Positions 36,137 through 46,183 of a stretch of 64,000 bases of DNA are shown here, in pieces. How positions within the stretch are numbered: the first letter of the stretch is position 1; the number at the start of each line of letters is the position of its first letter. The stretch is from the NCBI GenBank assembly GCA_028724265.1, contig JAQYDG010000007.1, positions 73,982 to 137,981 of the forward strand, read 5' to 3'. The translations under genes and the position numbers were made by a program. The notes below the pieces were generated by a model. That model had not been told where the DNA came from and did not search any database. It saw only the letters and a program-made list of their open reading frames with translations. Origin of the DNA: Actinomycetaceae bacterium. Lineage in GTDB: Bacteria > Actinomycetota > Actinomycetes > Actinomycetales > Actinomycetaceae.

Positions 36137-36736
36137 TCAGAAAAGCATATCGCCCAGGTAGCCTAAGCCGCGTTGAAGCAGCGTCCGCCGGGTGACCAGC
36201 GCGCTTGCCAGTGCAGCGACGCCCTCGTCATGCCCAATGAAACCCAAGTGGTCGGTGGTTGTCGCAGAGACGATCACGTTCACACCGAGGGCTGAGCTCA
36301 TGGCTTCCTCTGCTTCCGAGCGTCGGGGAGCAAAGCGCGGTTCCTGGCAGATGAGCTGAACTTGCGCACTTGCTACCTGCCATCCTGCCTCATGAACAAG
36401 CCGTGCTGCTTCCTGAAGAAATACCGAACCGCGAGCATTGGCGAATTCTGGCCGATCAACCCCGAAAACAGAACCCATTTCCCCCACGCCCGCTGCTTGC
36501 AGGAGCGCATCTGCTAAAGCATGCGCGGCCGCATCGCCGTCGGAATGCCCTGCGAGTGCCGGATATTCAGGCCACGTGAGGCACGCCAGATGCAGAGGCT
36601 GATAGAGGGGCTTGCCTTCCTTCTGGCCAGGATCGTCCTTCTGGCCAGAATTGTGCGGGTCGGCATACTTTTTGGGGTTGGCAGACCATGCGTGAACATC
36701 AATCGTGCTTGCTGTCCTGATCTGATCCATCTGCAT
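36137..36736 (-). CDS. ispF: 2-C-methyl-D-erythritol 2,4-cyclodiphosphate synthase
   Basis: The protein carries DVHAW...GHSDGDAAAHALADALLQAAG and the C-terminal TTTDHLGFIG block. An extra loop of about 25 aa follows the first metal-binding motif. Confidence 0.85.
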   Translation of the reverse strand: MQMDQIRTASTIDVHAWSANPKKYADPHNSGQKDDPGQKEGKPLYQPLHLACLTWPEYPALAGHSDGDAAAHALADALLQAAGVGEMGSVFGVDRPEFANARGSVFLQEAARLVHEAGWQVASAQVQLICQEPRFAPRRSEAEEAMSSALGVNVIVSATTTDHLGFIGHDEGVAALASALVTRRTLLQRGLGYLGDMLF

Positions 36737-36803
36737 TCTCCTCCGTATCCTCCTCGGCTTTGCCCTCTGCTTTGAGGTGCTATTAACCTTTTATTCTTCG
36801 CCT

Positions 36804-37664
36804 TCAGCGCGGTTCCTCGGCTTTGGCGTGGTCGGCATCTGTGCTGTTCGGGCCGGATGAGCGTGGTGCATAGAGCATCTCAGCGATGCGGAGATCTTGA
36901 GGGTATGTGATTTTCATGGCGGCAGGATCCCCCGGAATCACGCGCACGGCGTGTCCAGCCTGTTCAACCAAAAGAGCGTCGTCGCTTGCAGATGCTGCCA
37001 GCGTGGCATCGTGCGCGGCGGCCTGATGGGCGGAGACAAGCACCGATGCGGTGAAGCCTTGTGGGGTTTGAACAGCCCGCAGCATGCTCCTCTCCGGCGT
37101 ATGCACCACGAACTCGGTATCGGGATCGTCGATTCGCACTTCTTTGATCGTGTCTGTGACGGGCAGTGCCGGCACCACAGCGTCTGCGCCATTCCACACG
37201 GTGAGCGCAACGCGTCGTATCAGCGTAGCTGGTGCGAGGGCGCGCGCGGCATCATGAACGAGCACGGCCTGTGCATCCGGCCATTGATGGTGCATCACGG
37301 CTAAAGCATGTGTGACGGATTCTTGGCGGGTGTTCCCTCCTGCGGTGACGAACAGCTGGAATGCCGCACTTGGCTTTTCCTGCGCGCGATCACGCGTGCG
37401 CTGGGCATCGCATAACGCACTGACGGTTTGATCGGCGATGACCTGAAATTCGTGAATCTGATGTGCGGGTGCCGCAATAACGATTCCATCGACGGCACCG
37501 CTCGATATCAGGGCACTCACGGCGTGGGAGAGAAGCGGTGTGCCGCCCACACGAACGAGGGCTTTTGATCCCTGCCCGCCGAGCCTTTGTCCGCTGCCCG
37601 CGCCAACCAAGATTGCGATCGTGACGGGGTGTGCCTCGGTGCGAGGAGCCTGCTGACAACACAT
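36804..37664 (-). CDS. ispD: 2-C-methyl-D-erythritol 4-phosphate cytidylyltransferase
   Basis: The VGAGSGQRLG P-loop-like motif is present, and the gene lies between carD and ispF as in other actinobacteria. The start is uncertain, and GTG at 37625 is possible. Confidence 0.85.
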   Translation of the reverse strand: MCCQQAPRTEAHPVTIAILVGAGSGQRLGGQGSKALVRVGGTPLLSHAVSALISSGAVDGIVIAAPAHQIHEFQVIADQTVSALCDAQRTRDRAQEKPSAAFQLFVTAGGNTRQESVTHALAVMHHQWPDAQAVLVHDAARALAPATLIRRVALTVWNGADAVVPALPVTDTIKEVRIDDPDTEFVVHTPERSMLRAVQTPQGFTASVLVSAHQAAAHDATLAASASDDALLVEQAGHAVRVIPGDPAAMKITYPQDLRIAEMLYAPRSSGPNSTDADHAKAEEPR

Positions 37665-37670
37665 GGCTGA

Positions 37671-38171
37671 TTACAGCGAATCTGGATCTTCCCCAGCGAG
37701 CACGTGGTCAAGCAAGGTTTCGGCACCAGGCTCGTCGAGGCCGCGAGCCAACGCGACCTCGGAGGCCAGGATCTGGCGCGCCTGGTTCAACATGCGCTTT
37801 TCGCCTGCGGAAAGCTTCTTGTTCTCGTCGCGCCGCGTCAGATCCCGAATGACCTCTGCGATCTTGATGACGTCGCCGCTCGTCAACTTTTCGTTGTTTG
37901 CCTTAAAACGCCTGCTCCAGTTGGACGGTTCCTCCACATCCTGCTGCTGGAGGACGGCAAACACGCGGGCAAGCTGTTCGGCGTCGGATACTTCGCGGAT
38001 GCCAACGGTGTTCACGTTATCGATTGGAACTTGGATCACTAAATCCGAATCGAGCACTTTCAGCGTGGCGTATTGGCGTTTTTCGCCACGAATCGTCTTA
38101 TCTTCGATTGTCTGAACCTGTGCCGCACCATGATGGGGATAAATGACAGTTGCTCCAACCGTGAGCTCCAT
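37671..38171 (-). CDS. carD: CarD-family RNA polymerase-binding transcription regulator
   Basis: The N-terminal Tudor-like block VGATVIYPHHGAAQV and a C-terminal helical domain are present in a 166-aa product. Confidence 0.92.
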   Translation of the reverse strand: MELTVGATVIYPHHGAAQVQTIEDKTIRGEKRQYATLKVLDSDLVIQVPIDNVNTVGIREVSDAEQLARVFAVLQQQDVEEPSNWSRRFKANNEKLTSGDVIKIAEVIRDLTRRDENKKLSAGEKRMLNQARQILASEVALARGLDEPGAETLLDHVLAGEDPDSL

Positions 38172-38308
38172 AGAAGACCTTTCGCGTGGAAAATGCGCAC
38201 TCTAAGTGATCGATGTGCACAGCGTTCGCCATGAACAGCTCGCTGGCATATAGACTGCGTTATTCTACCATGAAACCCCGTTTTTGGCGTCTTTGTTGAG
38301 GTGAAGCA

Positions 38309-39766
38309 CTACTCGGTTTCATGTGCTGCCTGCTCGGCAAGGATACGTTCGGCGTTGTAATCAACAGCGACGGCCTGTGCACGGTTTGTTTCCAGCAGCT
38401 TCCAGAGTATGCCAAGCACAAGGAACCATACGGGCACAGCCACCAGGTACACGCGTGCCGAGGAGTCGAAGGCAAGCAGCACGAAAATGCATATGAAGAA
38501 AATAATAACAGCCCATGCTGCGATCTTTCCTCCAGGAAGGCGGAATTTCGATTCGTCATGCCGCTCGGGGAATTTCTTCAGGTACTTCAGGTAGCAGACC
38601 ATGATGAGCCCCCACACCGTGAAGTACAGAATTGCGGACACGTTTGCAACGTACGTGAATGCATTAGCAGCTGAGCCGCTCAAATATGCGATGACGACAG
38701 CTGGGAGAGTGCAGACGAACGTCAACGTCAATGCACGTGACGGCACATGCCGCTTGGAGAGGTGTGAGTAGCGTTCAGGAGCGTCCTTCTGGCGAGAGAG
38801 ACCGTAGATCAATCGCGACGTGGAATACATCCCCGAGTTAGCTGAGGAGGCTGCAGCCGTCAGGCAGACGAAATTGAGCACGCCTGCAGCGATGCCAATA
38901 CCCACAAACTGGAACAGCATCACGAACGGCGAATTGTCTTTACTCAACTGGTTCCACGGCACCACGCACATGATAACGGCAAGCGCAAGCACATAGAAGA
39001 TCAGAATGCGCAACGGTACGGCGTTCACGGCCTGCGGCAGGGTCTTGCGCGGGTTAGCTGTTTCAGCGGCAGCAATACCAACCATTTCGATGCCCTGGTA
39101 GGAGTAGGAGACGAGGGGGAAGGCTGCGATGAATGCGCCCAGACCCTTCGGGAAAAGACCGCCCACATCCCACAGGTGTGTGATCGATGCATGGGTTGCT
39201 CCTGCGCCCGTCCCGGACTGATAGCCCACCACGATCAGGCCGATGCCCACAACGATCAAAGCCACGATGGTGAGCACCTTGATCAGTGAGAACCAGAATT
39301 CCATTTCACCGTAAGCGCGCGCGGCAGCAATGTTGATGGCGTACAAAACGACCAGCATCACAGCAACCGGAACCCATCGGGGTGTTGACGGCCACCAGTA
39401 TTGCACGTACACCGTCACAGCTTGGGTATCTGCAATGGCAATAATGACCCAGCAAATCCAGTACGTCCAGCCCACGTAGAAGCCGGCCCACGGGCCAATC
39501 AGATCCGTAGCAAAATCTGCGAAAGATTTATATGCCAGGTTCGAGAGCAGAATTTCCCCCATGGCGCGCATCACCAGGAAGAGGAAAGCACCGATGACTG
39601 CATAGACCAGAATGATCGACGGGCCAGCGGAGCTGATCGTGCCGCCAGCACCGAGAAAGAGACCAGTGCCGATCGCTCCGCCGATGGCGATCATCTGTAG
39701 GTGGCGGTTGCTCATGCTCCGTTCCAGACGGTCTTTGTCTGGGGAGTGTGTCGTCGTATCTGCCAT
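38309..39766 (-). CDS. Amino acid permease (APC superfamily)
   Basis: The NRHLQMIAIGGAIGTGLFLGAG signature and 12 TM segments are present. AAGAGG lies upstream of the start. Confidence 0.88.
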   Translation of the reverse strand: MADTTTHSPDKDRLERSMSNRHLQMIAIGGAIGTGLFLGAGGTISSAGPSIILVYAVIGAFLFLVMRAMGEILLSNLAYKSFADFATDLIGPWAGFYVGWTYWICWVIIAIADTQAVTVYVQYWWPSTPRWVPVAVMLVVLYAINIAAARAYGEMEFWFSLIKVLTIVALIVVGIGLIVVGYQSGTGAGATHASITHLWDVGGLFPKGLGAFIAAFPLVSYSYQGIEMVGIAAAETANPRKTLPQAVNAVPLRILIFYVLALAVIMCVVPWNQLSKDNSPFVMLFQFVGIGIAAGVLNFVCLTAAASSANSGMYSTSRLIYGLSRQKDAPERYSHLSKRHVPSRALTLTFVCTLPAVVIAYLSGSAANAFTYVANVSAILYFTVWGLIMVCYLKYLKKFPERHDESKFRLPGGKIAAWAVIIFFICIFVLLAFDSSARVYLVAVPVWFLVLGILWKLLETNRAQAVAVDYNAERILAEQAAHETE

Positions 39767-40136
39767 ATATGAACCTCTTTATCGAAATGTCCACATGCCG
39801 CACGTGTGCGGTGATTGTACGCGCACGGCGCAGCACGATGGTTAGATGAAAGAATAACGCACGGAAAGGTGCGAAGTGTGGATATGGACGCCGCTTCCCG
39901 TCAGTGAGATTGAGAAAGCGGCGGGGCAACACCGAAAGCATCGTTGCTCGGCTTGTGACGGTCTGCTTGTGTTGAAGAGATCCCGTGCTTGACGGGATTG
40001 CGCCGAACGGAATTATGCCGAACGGGAGTGAAGCAGGCCGTGTTGGTGGGCTTTGATGCCGCGTGGACGTTGGAACCTGGGAAAGGATGAACGGCCAGGA
40101 AGTATCGCTCACCTGGCCGTTCTCCTCGTTTTTGCA

Positions 40137-41249
40137 CTACAGCAGTGTTGTGACGTCCTCAACAGGAATGTTCAGCGCGTCGCCTACGCCTTGGAAATAC
40201 AGTTTGCCGTCGTGGGTGTTCAACCCTGGCTGCAGTTCTTTACGGTCGCGCAGCGCCTGCTGCCAGCCCTTGTTGGCGAGCTCGACGCAGTAGCGCATCG
40301 TGGCGTTCGTCAACGCGTAGGTGGAGGTGTTTGCCACAGCGCCCGGCATGTTCGCAACGCAGTAGAAGAGTGCGTCGTGGACGCGGAACACGGGATCAGA
40401 GTGGGTGGTGGGGTGCGAATCCTCGAAGCAGCCGCCCTGGTCGATAGCAACGTCCACCAGTACTGAGTTCGGCTTCATCGTCGCAACCATGTCATTCGTC
40501 ACGAGGTGCGGCGTGCGCGCGCCGGGCACCAGGACGGATCCGATTACCAGGTCGGCTTCCTTCAGAGCCTTACGGATGGCCAGATCGCTGGAGTACTCGG
40601 TGCGGATACGGCCGTCGGACACCTCGTCGAGGTAGCGCATTCGGGCGGTGTTGACGTCGAAAACCGTTACATCTGCACCCATACCGACGCCTACCCGAGC
40701 CGAATAGGTTCCTACGGTGCCGCCGCCGAGTACGAGCATCTTCACATTCTTCACGCCGCCTGCGCCGCCAATGAGTTTCCCTGGGCCACCCATCGGCTTC
40801 ATCAGGTAGTAGGCGCCAACCTGTGTGGCAAGGCGGCCTGCGATTTCGCTCATTGGTGCGAGCAGAGGCAGGGAGTGATCGGGCAGTTCTACCGTCTCGT
40901 AAGCAATGGCGGTGACTTTCCGATTCAGCAGTTCCTTCGTGAGGGCTTCGTCGGCCGCCAAATGCAGATAGGTGAACAGCAGCAGCCCTTCGTGCATACG
41001 GGCATATTCTTCTTCGATTGGTTCCTTGACCTTGAGGATCATCTCGGAGTCATCCCACACCTTGTTGACGTCGTCAACAATGACGGCGCCTTCCGCCTCG
41101 AATTCGGCGTCGGTGATCGATGACCCGAGACCCGCACCCTTTTGGATCATCACTTCGTGGCCATGCTGCACAAGTTCATGGACACCGTCAGGCGTGATCG
41201 CAACGCGGAACTCGTTGTCTTTGATTTCTGATGGAACACCAATTTTCAT
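40137..41249 (-). CDS. ald: Alanine dehydrogenase
   Basis: The N-terminus MKIGVPSEIKDNEFRVAITP and the NAD fold VLGGGTVG are present. AAGGAG lies upstream of the ATG at 41249. The longest ORF (to 41510) is an artefactual extension. Confidence 0.93.
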   Translation of the reverse strand: MKIGVPSEIKDNEFRVAITPDGVHELVQHGHEVMIQKGAGLGSSITDAEFEAEGAVIVDDVNKVWDDSEMILKVKEPIEEEYARMHEGLLLFTYLHLAADEALTKELLNRKVTAIAYETVELPDHSLPLLAPMSEIAGRLATQVGAYYLMKPMGGPGKLIGGAGGVKNVKMLVLGGGTVGTYSARVGVGMGADVTVFDVNTARMRYLDEVSDGRIRTEYSSDLAIRKALKEADLVIGSVLVPGARTPHLVTNDMVATMKPNSVLVDVAIDQGGCFEDSHPTTHSDPVFRVHDALFYCVANMPGAVANTSTYALTNATMRYCVELANKGWQQALRDRKELQPGLNTHDGKLYFQGVGDALNIPVEDVTTLL

Positions 41250-41660
41250 ATCCCTGTTATCTCCTTTGATGGGGTGATGAAACCCTCGGCGATTGAGACA
41301 CCTCTGTGTGATCTGACACGTCGGTTTGGTTTGAAACCGGGTGAGGCTCAAACCACAAATCATTATAAGCACTCGACCGTGAGCTGAGTTACAGTTCGAT
41401 GAAAGCTCTTTCATGATTCTTTCAGCTACGTGTTTTTTGGTGCTCTGTGGTGTGCCTTGGTGTTGACCGGCGTTGATGTGCGCTCTAGTGCACTTTGTGG
41501 CGGCTGGCACCTCTGCCCGTTACCGCTCTAACGCATGAGTGTGAGTATGTATGGCGCATGTGGCACGGCCACAACGAGTATCTTGCCACAACAGTGCATG
41601 GTAAAAGACGGATATGTGGCAGCGTCAGTATGGGCAGCGCGAGCGCGGGCAGAGTAGATA

Positions 41661-41732
41661 CACACAAAAATAATGGCGGACGTCAGAATTATAATCTGCT
41701 ATTGCCTAGCGTGTTATTACTCTGCGTCCGCC
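41661..41732 (-). terminator. Intrinsic terminator after gpmA
   Basis: GGCGGACGTCAGA (41675-41687) pairs with TCTGCGTCCGCC (41721-41732), with one bulge. The minus-strand sense is followed by ATTATTTTTGTGTG. Confidence 0.65.
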
Positions 41733-41773
41733 ACGTTCGCTTTCGCAGTCATTGTGTGCTGCGAAAGGTATGT

Positions 41774-42508
41774 TTACTTTCCTTGGTTCGCTACAGCAGC
41801 AGCTTTCGCCTCTGCATCAGGATCCAGGTACACACCCTTCCCTACGGGCTTAAGGGTTTCTTCGTCAAGCTCGTAAACCAGCGGAATACCAGTAGGAATG
41901 TTGAGGCTGACGATGTCCTCGTCAGAGATATCGTCGAGATACTTCACGAGTGCGCGCAGCGAGTTTCCGTGCGCGGCGATCATCACCTGCTTGCCGGTCT
42001 TGATTGCGGGGATGATATCGGACTCATAATACGGGAGCATGCGTTCCAGCACGTCCTTGAGGCATTCTGCGCGCGGGATCGGCTCGCCCGCATAGCGGGG
42101 ATCGGAATCCTGCGAGAATTCGGTGCCCAGTTCAATTTCGGGCGGGCGAATGTCGTAGGAGCGGCGCCACTGCATAAACTTCTCTTCGCCGTACTGGTCG
42201 TGAACCTCTTTCTTGTTCTTCCCCTGCAGGGCGCCGTAATGACGCTCGTTCAGATGCCACGAGCGTTGCACGGGAATCCACGTCCGGTCAATCTGGTCAA
42301 GCGCAGTATCTGCCGTCAAAATCGCGCGGCGCAGCAAGCTGGTGAAAAGCAGCTCCGGGGCGTAGCCATGCTCCTTGAGGAGCTGACCGGCATGGACGGC
42401 TTCCTGCCTGCCCTTGTCCGAGAGCGGCACATCCACCCAGCCCGTAAAAAGATTCTTGGAGTTCCATTCACTTTCGCCATGACGTAGCAAAATCAGTGTG
42501 TATGTCAT
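41774..42508 (-). CDS. gpmA: 2,3-bisphosphoglycerate-dependent phosphoglycerate mutase
   Basis: [12 protein letters not shown] (the catalytic His motif) and a later [10 protein letters not shown] block are present. Confidence 0.95.
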   Translation of the reverse strand: MTYTLILLRHGESEWNSKNLFTGWVDVPLSDKGRQEAVHAGQLLKEHGYAPELLFTSLLRRAILTADTALDQIDRTWIPVQRSWHLNERHYGALQGKNKKEVHDQYGEEKFMQWRRSYDIRPPEIELGTEFSQDSDPRYAGEPIPRAECLKDVLERMLPYYESDIIPAIKTGKQVMIAAHGNSLRALVKYLDDISDEDIVSLNIPTGIPLVYELDEETLKPVGKGVYLDPDAEAKAAAVANQGK

Positions 42509-42748
42509 AGCTCAATTCTGGCACATAGGGCTGTGCTCTGGTTGTAGGAACGTGCATAACAATGCAGTGACGCTGCATGCCCCGCAAGAACGCTGTACAA
42601 AGGAACGCGCATGACCGCGCTGTAACGCTGCATGACCGCAGCGACACGCGGATCCTCACCAAGTGGCGGCCGCCTGCTCAGCTAGTCGTACCCGCCTGCT
42701 CGCCTCGTGGCACCTGCCTGCCGCCGCTCGCGTTCTCCGAAAGCCGAA

Positions 42749-43792
42749 CTAGTTCAGTCCGTAGAGCCTGCGCGCATTGGCGTTGAGCACGGCCTCGCGC
42801 GCGCGTGCACCTGGGATCGTGCCAGGAGCGCCGGCGCGTGTGGCGGTTCCTTTTTCAACGATGCTGGAGGATGTGGGGACGCTGGCGCTATCCGGAAGGG
42901 CATCTGCGATATAGGTGACGGCGCGTGTATAAAGCTCGTCTTGGAAATAGGGGTAATCCGAACCCATCATCACATGCTCGGGATTGTAGACCCCGAGCGA
43001 CATCGTCAGCGACGGGCCATGGAAGTTTGCTGTATCAACCCAAATCTTTCGCAGTGTTTGTGCTGGTGAATGCGGGAAGGCATTCCAATCGTCAAAGTTG
43101 TCCTGGATGCGCTGAGCGAGGAAGGGAACGTCGCCGCCTAAGTGAGCAATATGGAAGTGGATGTCGGGGAATTCATCGATATAGCCTGCCTTCATCAGCT
43201 GCAGCAACGCTGTGGCATCCTCCATGGGGGCAGCGTTGACCCACGTGAGTCCAGAACCTGCAAGTGCGTGGCTCCCGAGGGAGAGGCCGCTTGGATGGAT
43301 GTACACGATGGCATGACGACGGTTCAGTTCATCGAAGATCGGGCGCAGGCCAGGCGCGGTCAGCGAGCCATCGGCACCCACAAAGGTGTTCATTGCGACA
43401 CCCGGAAAATGTAATTCGTCAAAGATATAGGCGATCTCCGCCAGCGACTCGTCAACGAAGGGGAGCGGGAGCGTTCCTAAAGCTCGGATGCGTTCGGGGT
43501 ACTTCTCCTGCACCTGCGCGTAAATGGTGTTGATCATCCGTGCTGCCCGTGCAGAATTGGCTGCATCGTCGATGGGCGGGACTTGGGGTGTTGCTGAAAT
43601 GACCTGCATTGTGACACCGGCTGTATCCATCATCGAGAGGCGCGCAGCCATGGAGTGCGGATCGTCGTCTTGACGCATATTGCGCGCGATGCGTGTTGTG
43701 GCGGGATCGACCCCGAGGGATTCAAGGAAGTCGAGATAGCGTTCCGGATAAATGTGTGCGTGAGTGTCGATCGCGGATAGCTGATCTGTCAT
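42749..43792 (-). CDS. Amidohydrolase-2 (ACMSD-like) family metal-dependent hydrolase
   Basis: The IDTHAHIYP HxH motif and later His/Asp ligands (HIAHLGG, GSDYPY) are present. The ATG at 43792 has an AGAGAGGA site upstream. Confidence 0.75.
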   Translation of the reverse strand: MTDQLSAIDTHAHIYPERYLDFLESLGVDPATTRIARNMRQDDDPHSMAARLSMMDTAGVTMQVISATPQVPPIDDAANSARAARMINTIYAQVQEKYPERIRALGTLPLPFVDESLAEIAYIFDELHFPGVAMNTFVGADGSLTAPGLRPIFDELNRRHAIVYIHPSGLSLGSHALAGSGLTWVNAAPMEDATALLQLMKAGYIDEFPDIHFHIAHLGGDVPFLAQRIQDNFDDWNAFPHSPAQTLRKIWVDTANFHGPSLTMSLGVYNPEHVMMGSDYPYFQDELYTRAVTYIADALPDSASVPTSSSIVEKGTATRAGAPGTIPGARAREAVLNANARRLYGLN

Positions 43793-43966
43793 GATGAGTC
43801 CTCTCTGTGTTTCGCTGTGTTGTGTCACGCTGCGCTCAGTTGTGCCGTGCTGTGCAAAGTTGCACCACAGGTAGTCCAAAATTGCACTTCCATTATGCCC
43901 GCGTCCAGCGTGCGGGAGGGAGCACTCCCGTGGATTCTTCGCAAAGAAGGGTACGATGTTGTCGCT

Positions 43967-45160
43967 ATGGGTTCGTTCACTCACTCCCCGTTGATGCGGC
44001 GACTGGCTCAGCGTATGCGAATACTGGCGTGGCGCGGCAGAACAGTTGTGGTCTATGCTGCGCTCGGTTGTGCGTTCATCGTTGGTGCAGTGCTGGTGGT
44101 TTACAGCGTGCTTGCGCTTTTTCCAAGCCGCAGCGAGGTGGGTTTCGTCGCTTCAGTTCTCCTTGCTGCCGTGGCGCCTTTCTTTGTGCTGGCGGCGCTG
44201 ATCGGATTAGGCGTGACGATGGCTGAACACCGGATGAAGGTTGCGCGCCTTGCAGCTATGCTCCTTGTGATCGGCATGATTTTGCCGCTTGCCGTATGCG
44301 TCATCACACCGCTTGACGTGGCACATGCCGGAGGCTCCGCGAACCCGGTTAGAGCGTTGAGGGTTTTCTCGATGGAGTCCGCACCGGATTTTGAGGGTCC
44401 CACAGGAAAAAACGGTCAGACCGTCCAGGTCTATCGCCCGCATTCCGGCTCGGTGCGTGGTCTGCTGGTGGATATTCATGGTGGTGGCTGGCAGGAGGAC
44501 TCCACCATGCCAGCCGTCCTCCGATCCTTCGCCGACGCTGGCTGGGTGGTAGTTCGGCCGAGTTATCCCCTGGCGAGTGCTCACCGCGCCACGTGGAAAG
44601 ATGCACCTGAGGCAGTTGAGTGCGGGTATGCGTGGGCTCAGCAGCACGCTGGCGACTTCGGTACTGACGCTGAGAACACTGTTCTTATCGGAGATTCCGC
44701 TGGCGGCGAGCTCGCCATCAACCTGGCCTACCGGATTGCTTCCGGCGAGGCAGCGCATGCGTGTGGATCGGTGATCCCGCCGAAAGCTGTCATCGGTCTC
44801 TATCCTGCAGTGAGTCTGAGCGCATTGGCAGATATATCTGCGCTTGGAATCCAAAAAGCCGCATGGCAGTATCTGGGCGGAACGCCAGCAGACGTTCCGG
44901 ATCGTTACCGTAGCGCGGATTCGATCACGTGGATAAGTCCGGATGCTCCGTCCACATATATCCTGCGTGGCGCGAGTGATACGCTCGTTCCGCCTGCGAG
45001 CACCGCTGCTTTTGTTGCGGCTGCACAGTCGGCGGGAGTCCACGTCACTGATGTGGTGCTCCCGCTCCTGAACCACGCCTTCGATTCGACTGTGGCAGGG
45101 TCACTGGGGTATCAGGCCACAGTTTCGATTGTCGAACACTGGCTTAATACGATCCGCTAA
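43967..45160 (+). CDS. Membrane-anchored esterase/lipase (HSL-like alpha/beta hydrolase)
   Basis: Two to three N-terminal TM helices are followed by the HGGGW oxyanion motif and the GDSAGG nucleophile elbow. The start is uncertain. Alternatives are 43817 and 43895. Confidence 0.75.
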   Translation: MGSFTHSPLMRRLAQRMRILAWRGRTVVVYAALGCAFIVGAVLVVYSVLALFPSRSEVGFVASVLLAAVAPFFVLAALIGLGVTMAEHRMKVARLAAMLLVIGMILPLAVCVITPLDVAHAGGSANPVRALRVFSMESAPDFEGPTGKNGQTVQVYRPHSGSVRGLLVDIHGGGWQEDSTMPAVLRSFADAGWVVVRPSYPLASAHRATWKDAPEAVECGYAWAQQHAGDFGTDAENTVLIGDSAGGELAINLAYRIASGEAAHACGSVIPPKAVIGLYPAVSLSALADISALGIQKAAWQYLGGTPADVPDRYRSADSITWISPDAPSTYILRGASDTLVPPASTAAFVAAAQSAGVHVTDVVLPLLNHAFDSTVAGSLGYQATVSIVEHWLNTIR

Positions 45161-45196
45161 CCCCACGCGCCGTCGCGGTTCTGGCGCGTCAGAACG

Positions 45197-45874
45197 TCAG
45201 TGAGCGCGCATCTGCAGTCGCTGCAAGTCGATCAGCAGCACTGCGCGGCCTTCAAGGCGAATCCACCCACGGTTGACGAAGTTGGCCAGGCTCTTGTTCA
45301 CGGTCTCGCGTGATGCACCCACCAACCGAGCCAGTTCTTCCTGGGTGAGGTCGTGAGCCACGTAGATGCCCTCGGGTGTGCGCTCGCCGAAGCGATGAGC
45401 GAGATCCAGCAAGGCCTTTGCAACGCGTCCGGGAACATCGGAGAACACGAGATCTGCTAGTTGTTCGTTGGTGCGCCGCAGGCGTCCGGCCAGTTCACGC
45501 AGCATGGAGATACTCAGTTGAACGTGCGTTTGCAGGAACGCTGTCAAATCCTTGTGGGACAGCGCGATGAGGCGTGCCGGAGCAATGGCTGTGACTGTTG
45601 TGGATCGCTTGCCTAAATCGAAGAGGGAAAGTTCGCCGATGATTTCGCCTCCGCCGAGCACGGCAATAATGTTTTCGTGCCCTTCGCCTGACGAGTGGGT
45701 CAGCTTCACCTTGCCTTCCACCAGGACGTAGAGCTTATCGCCATCATCACCTTCACGAAACAGAGACTCTCCGCGCTTGAGTGTGACTTCTGTTGTCAGT
45801 TTGCCGAGTTCTTCCAGATCTTCGTCTGAAAGATCGCGAAATAGCGGAACGACCTTCAACAGGTTGGTGTCCAT
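45197..45874 (-). CDS. crp: Crp/Fnr-family cAMP receptor protein
   Basis: A cNMP-binding domain (GEIIGELSLFD) is joined to the C-terminal HTH RETVNKSLANFVNRGWI, close to actinobacterial Crp/GlxR. Confidence 0.9.
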   Translation of the reverse strand: MDTNLLKVVPLFRDLSDEDLEELGKLTTEVTLKRGESLFREGDDGDKLYVLVEGKVKLTHSSGEGHENIIAVLGGGEIIGELSLFDLGKRSTTVTAIAPARLIALSHKDLTAFLQTHVQLSISMLRELAGRLRRTNEQLADLVFSDVPGRVAKALLDLAHRFGERTPEGIYVAHDLTQEELARLVGASRETVNKSLANFVNRGWIRLEGRAVLLIDLQRLQMRAH

Positions 45875-46082
45875 GTGCTCCCTTTCTCCATATTCCGTAC
45901 AAACCTATGTGCATGTGCGCGGCGCAATGCGCTTGTGGCGTGCACATGCGGCGATCCCTGCTGCGTTCATTCTTTTGGTGTCAAGCGCGAACGACGTAGG
46001 TCGGGCACATTAATGGTGCTGATACAACTAACTCCATCGCGTAGTCAAACGTCATATCGCGCGCAAATATGCCCGTCGCTGT

Positions 46083-46113
46083 CTATTGTGCCACTATCTC
46101 TATTGTGCCACTA
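46083..46113. repeat. 14-bp direct repeat x2 between the ATP-grasp gene and crp
   Basis: CTATTGTGCCACTA occurs at 46083-46096 and 46100-46113, with a period of 17 bp. Confidence 0.9.
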
Positions 46114-46183
46114 CTGGCTAAATGAGATATAACGACTGTTCCCCGTGTTTGACACCCGCGCTGAGGCACCCGAAGACGCTGCG

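Noticed and set aside
40137-41510. Longest-ORF N-terminal extensions (ald to 41510; symporter to 25449; amidohydrolase to 43984; nth from 47573; nrdG from 60208; adhesin to 28411)
   Set aside because: The family-conserved N-termini begin at internal ATGs that have Shine-Dalgarno sequences. The extensions have no homology-like features, or they overlap the upstream gene.
45981-46055. A 24-codon minus-strand ORF (MTFDYAMELVVSAPLMCPTYVVRA) downstream of the ATP-grasp gene, considered as a graspetide/RiPP precursor
   Set aside because: It has no RBS and no Thr/Ser plus Asp/Glu-rich core typical of graspetides. The ligase is of the large COG3919 type rather than the MdnB/C type.
46083-46113. TGGCAC within the direct repeat, considered as a sigma-54 -24 element
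   Set aside because: The -12 TTGC element is absent at the required 5-nt spacing. Actinobacteria generally lack sigma-54.
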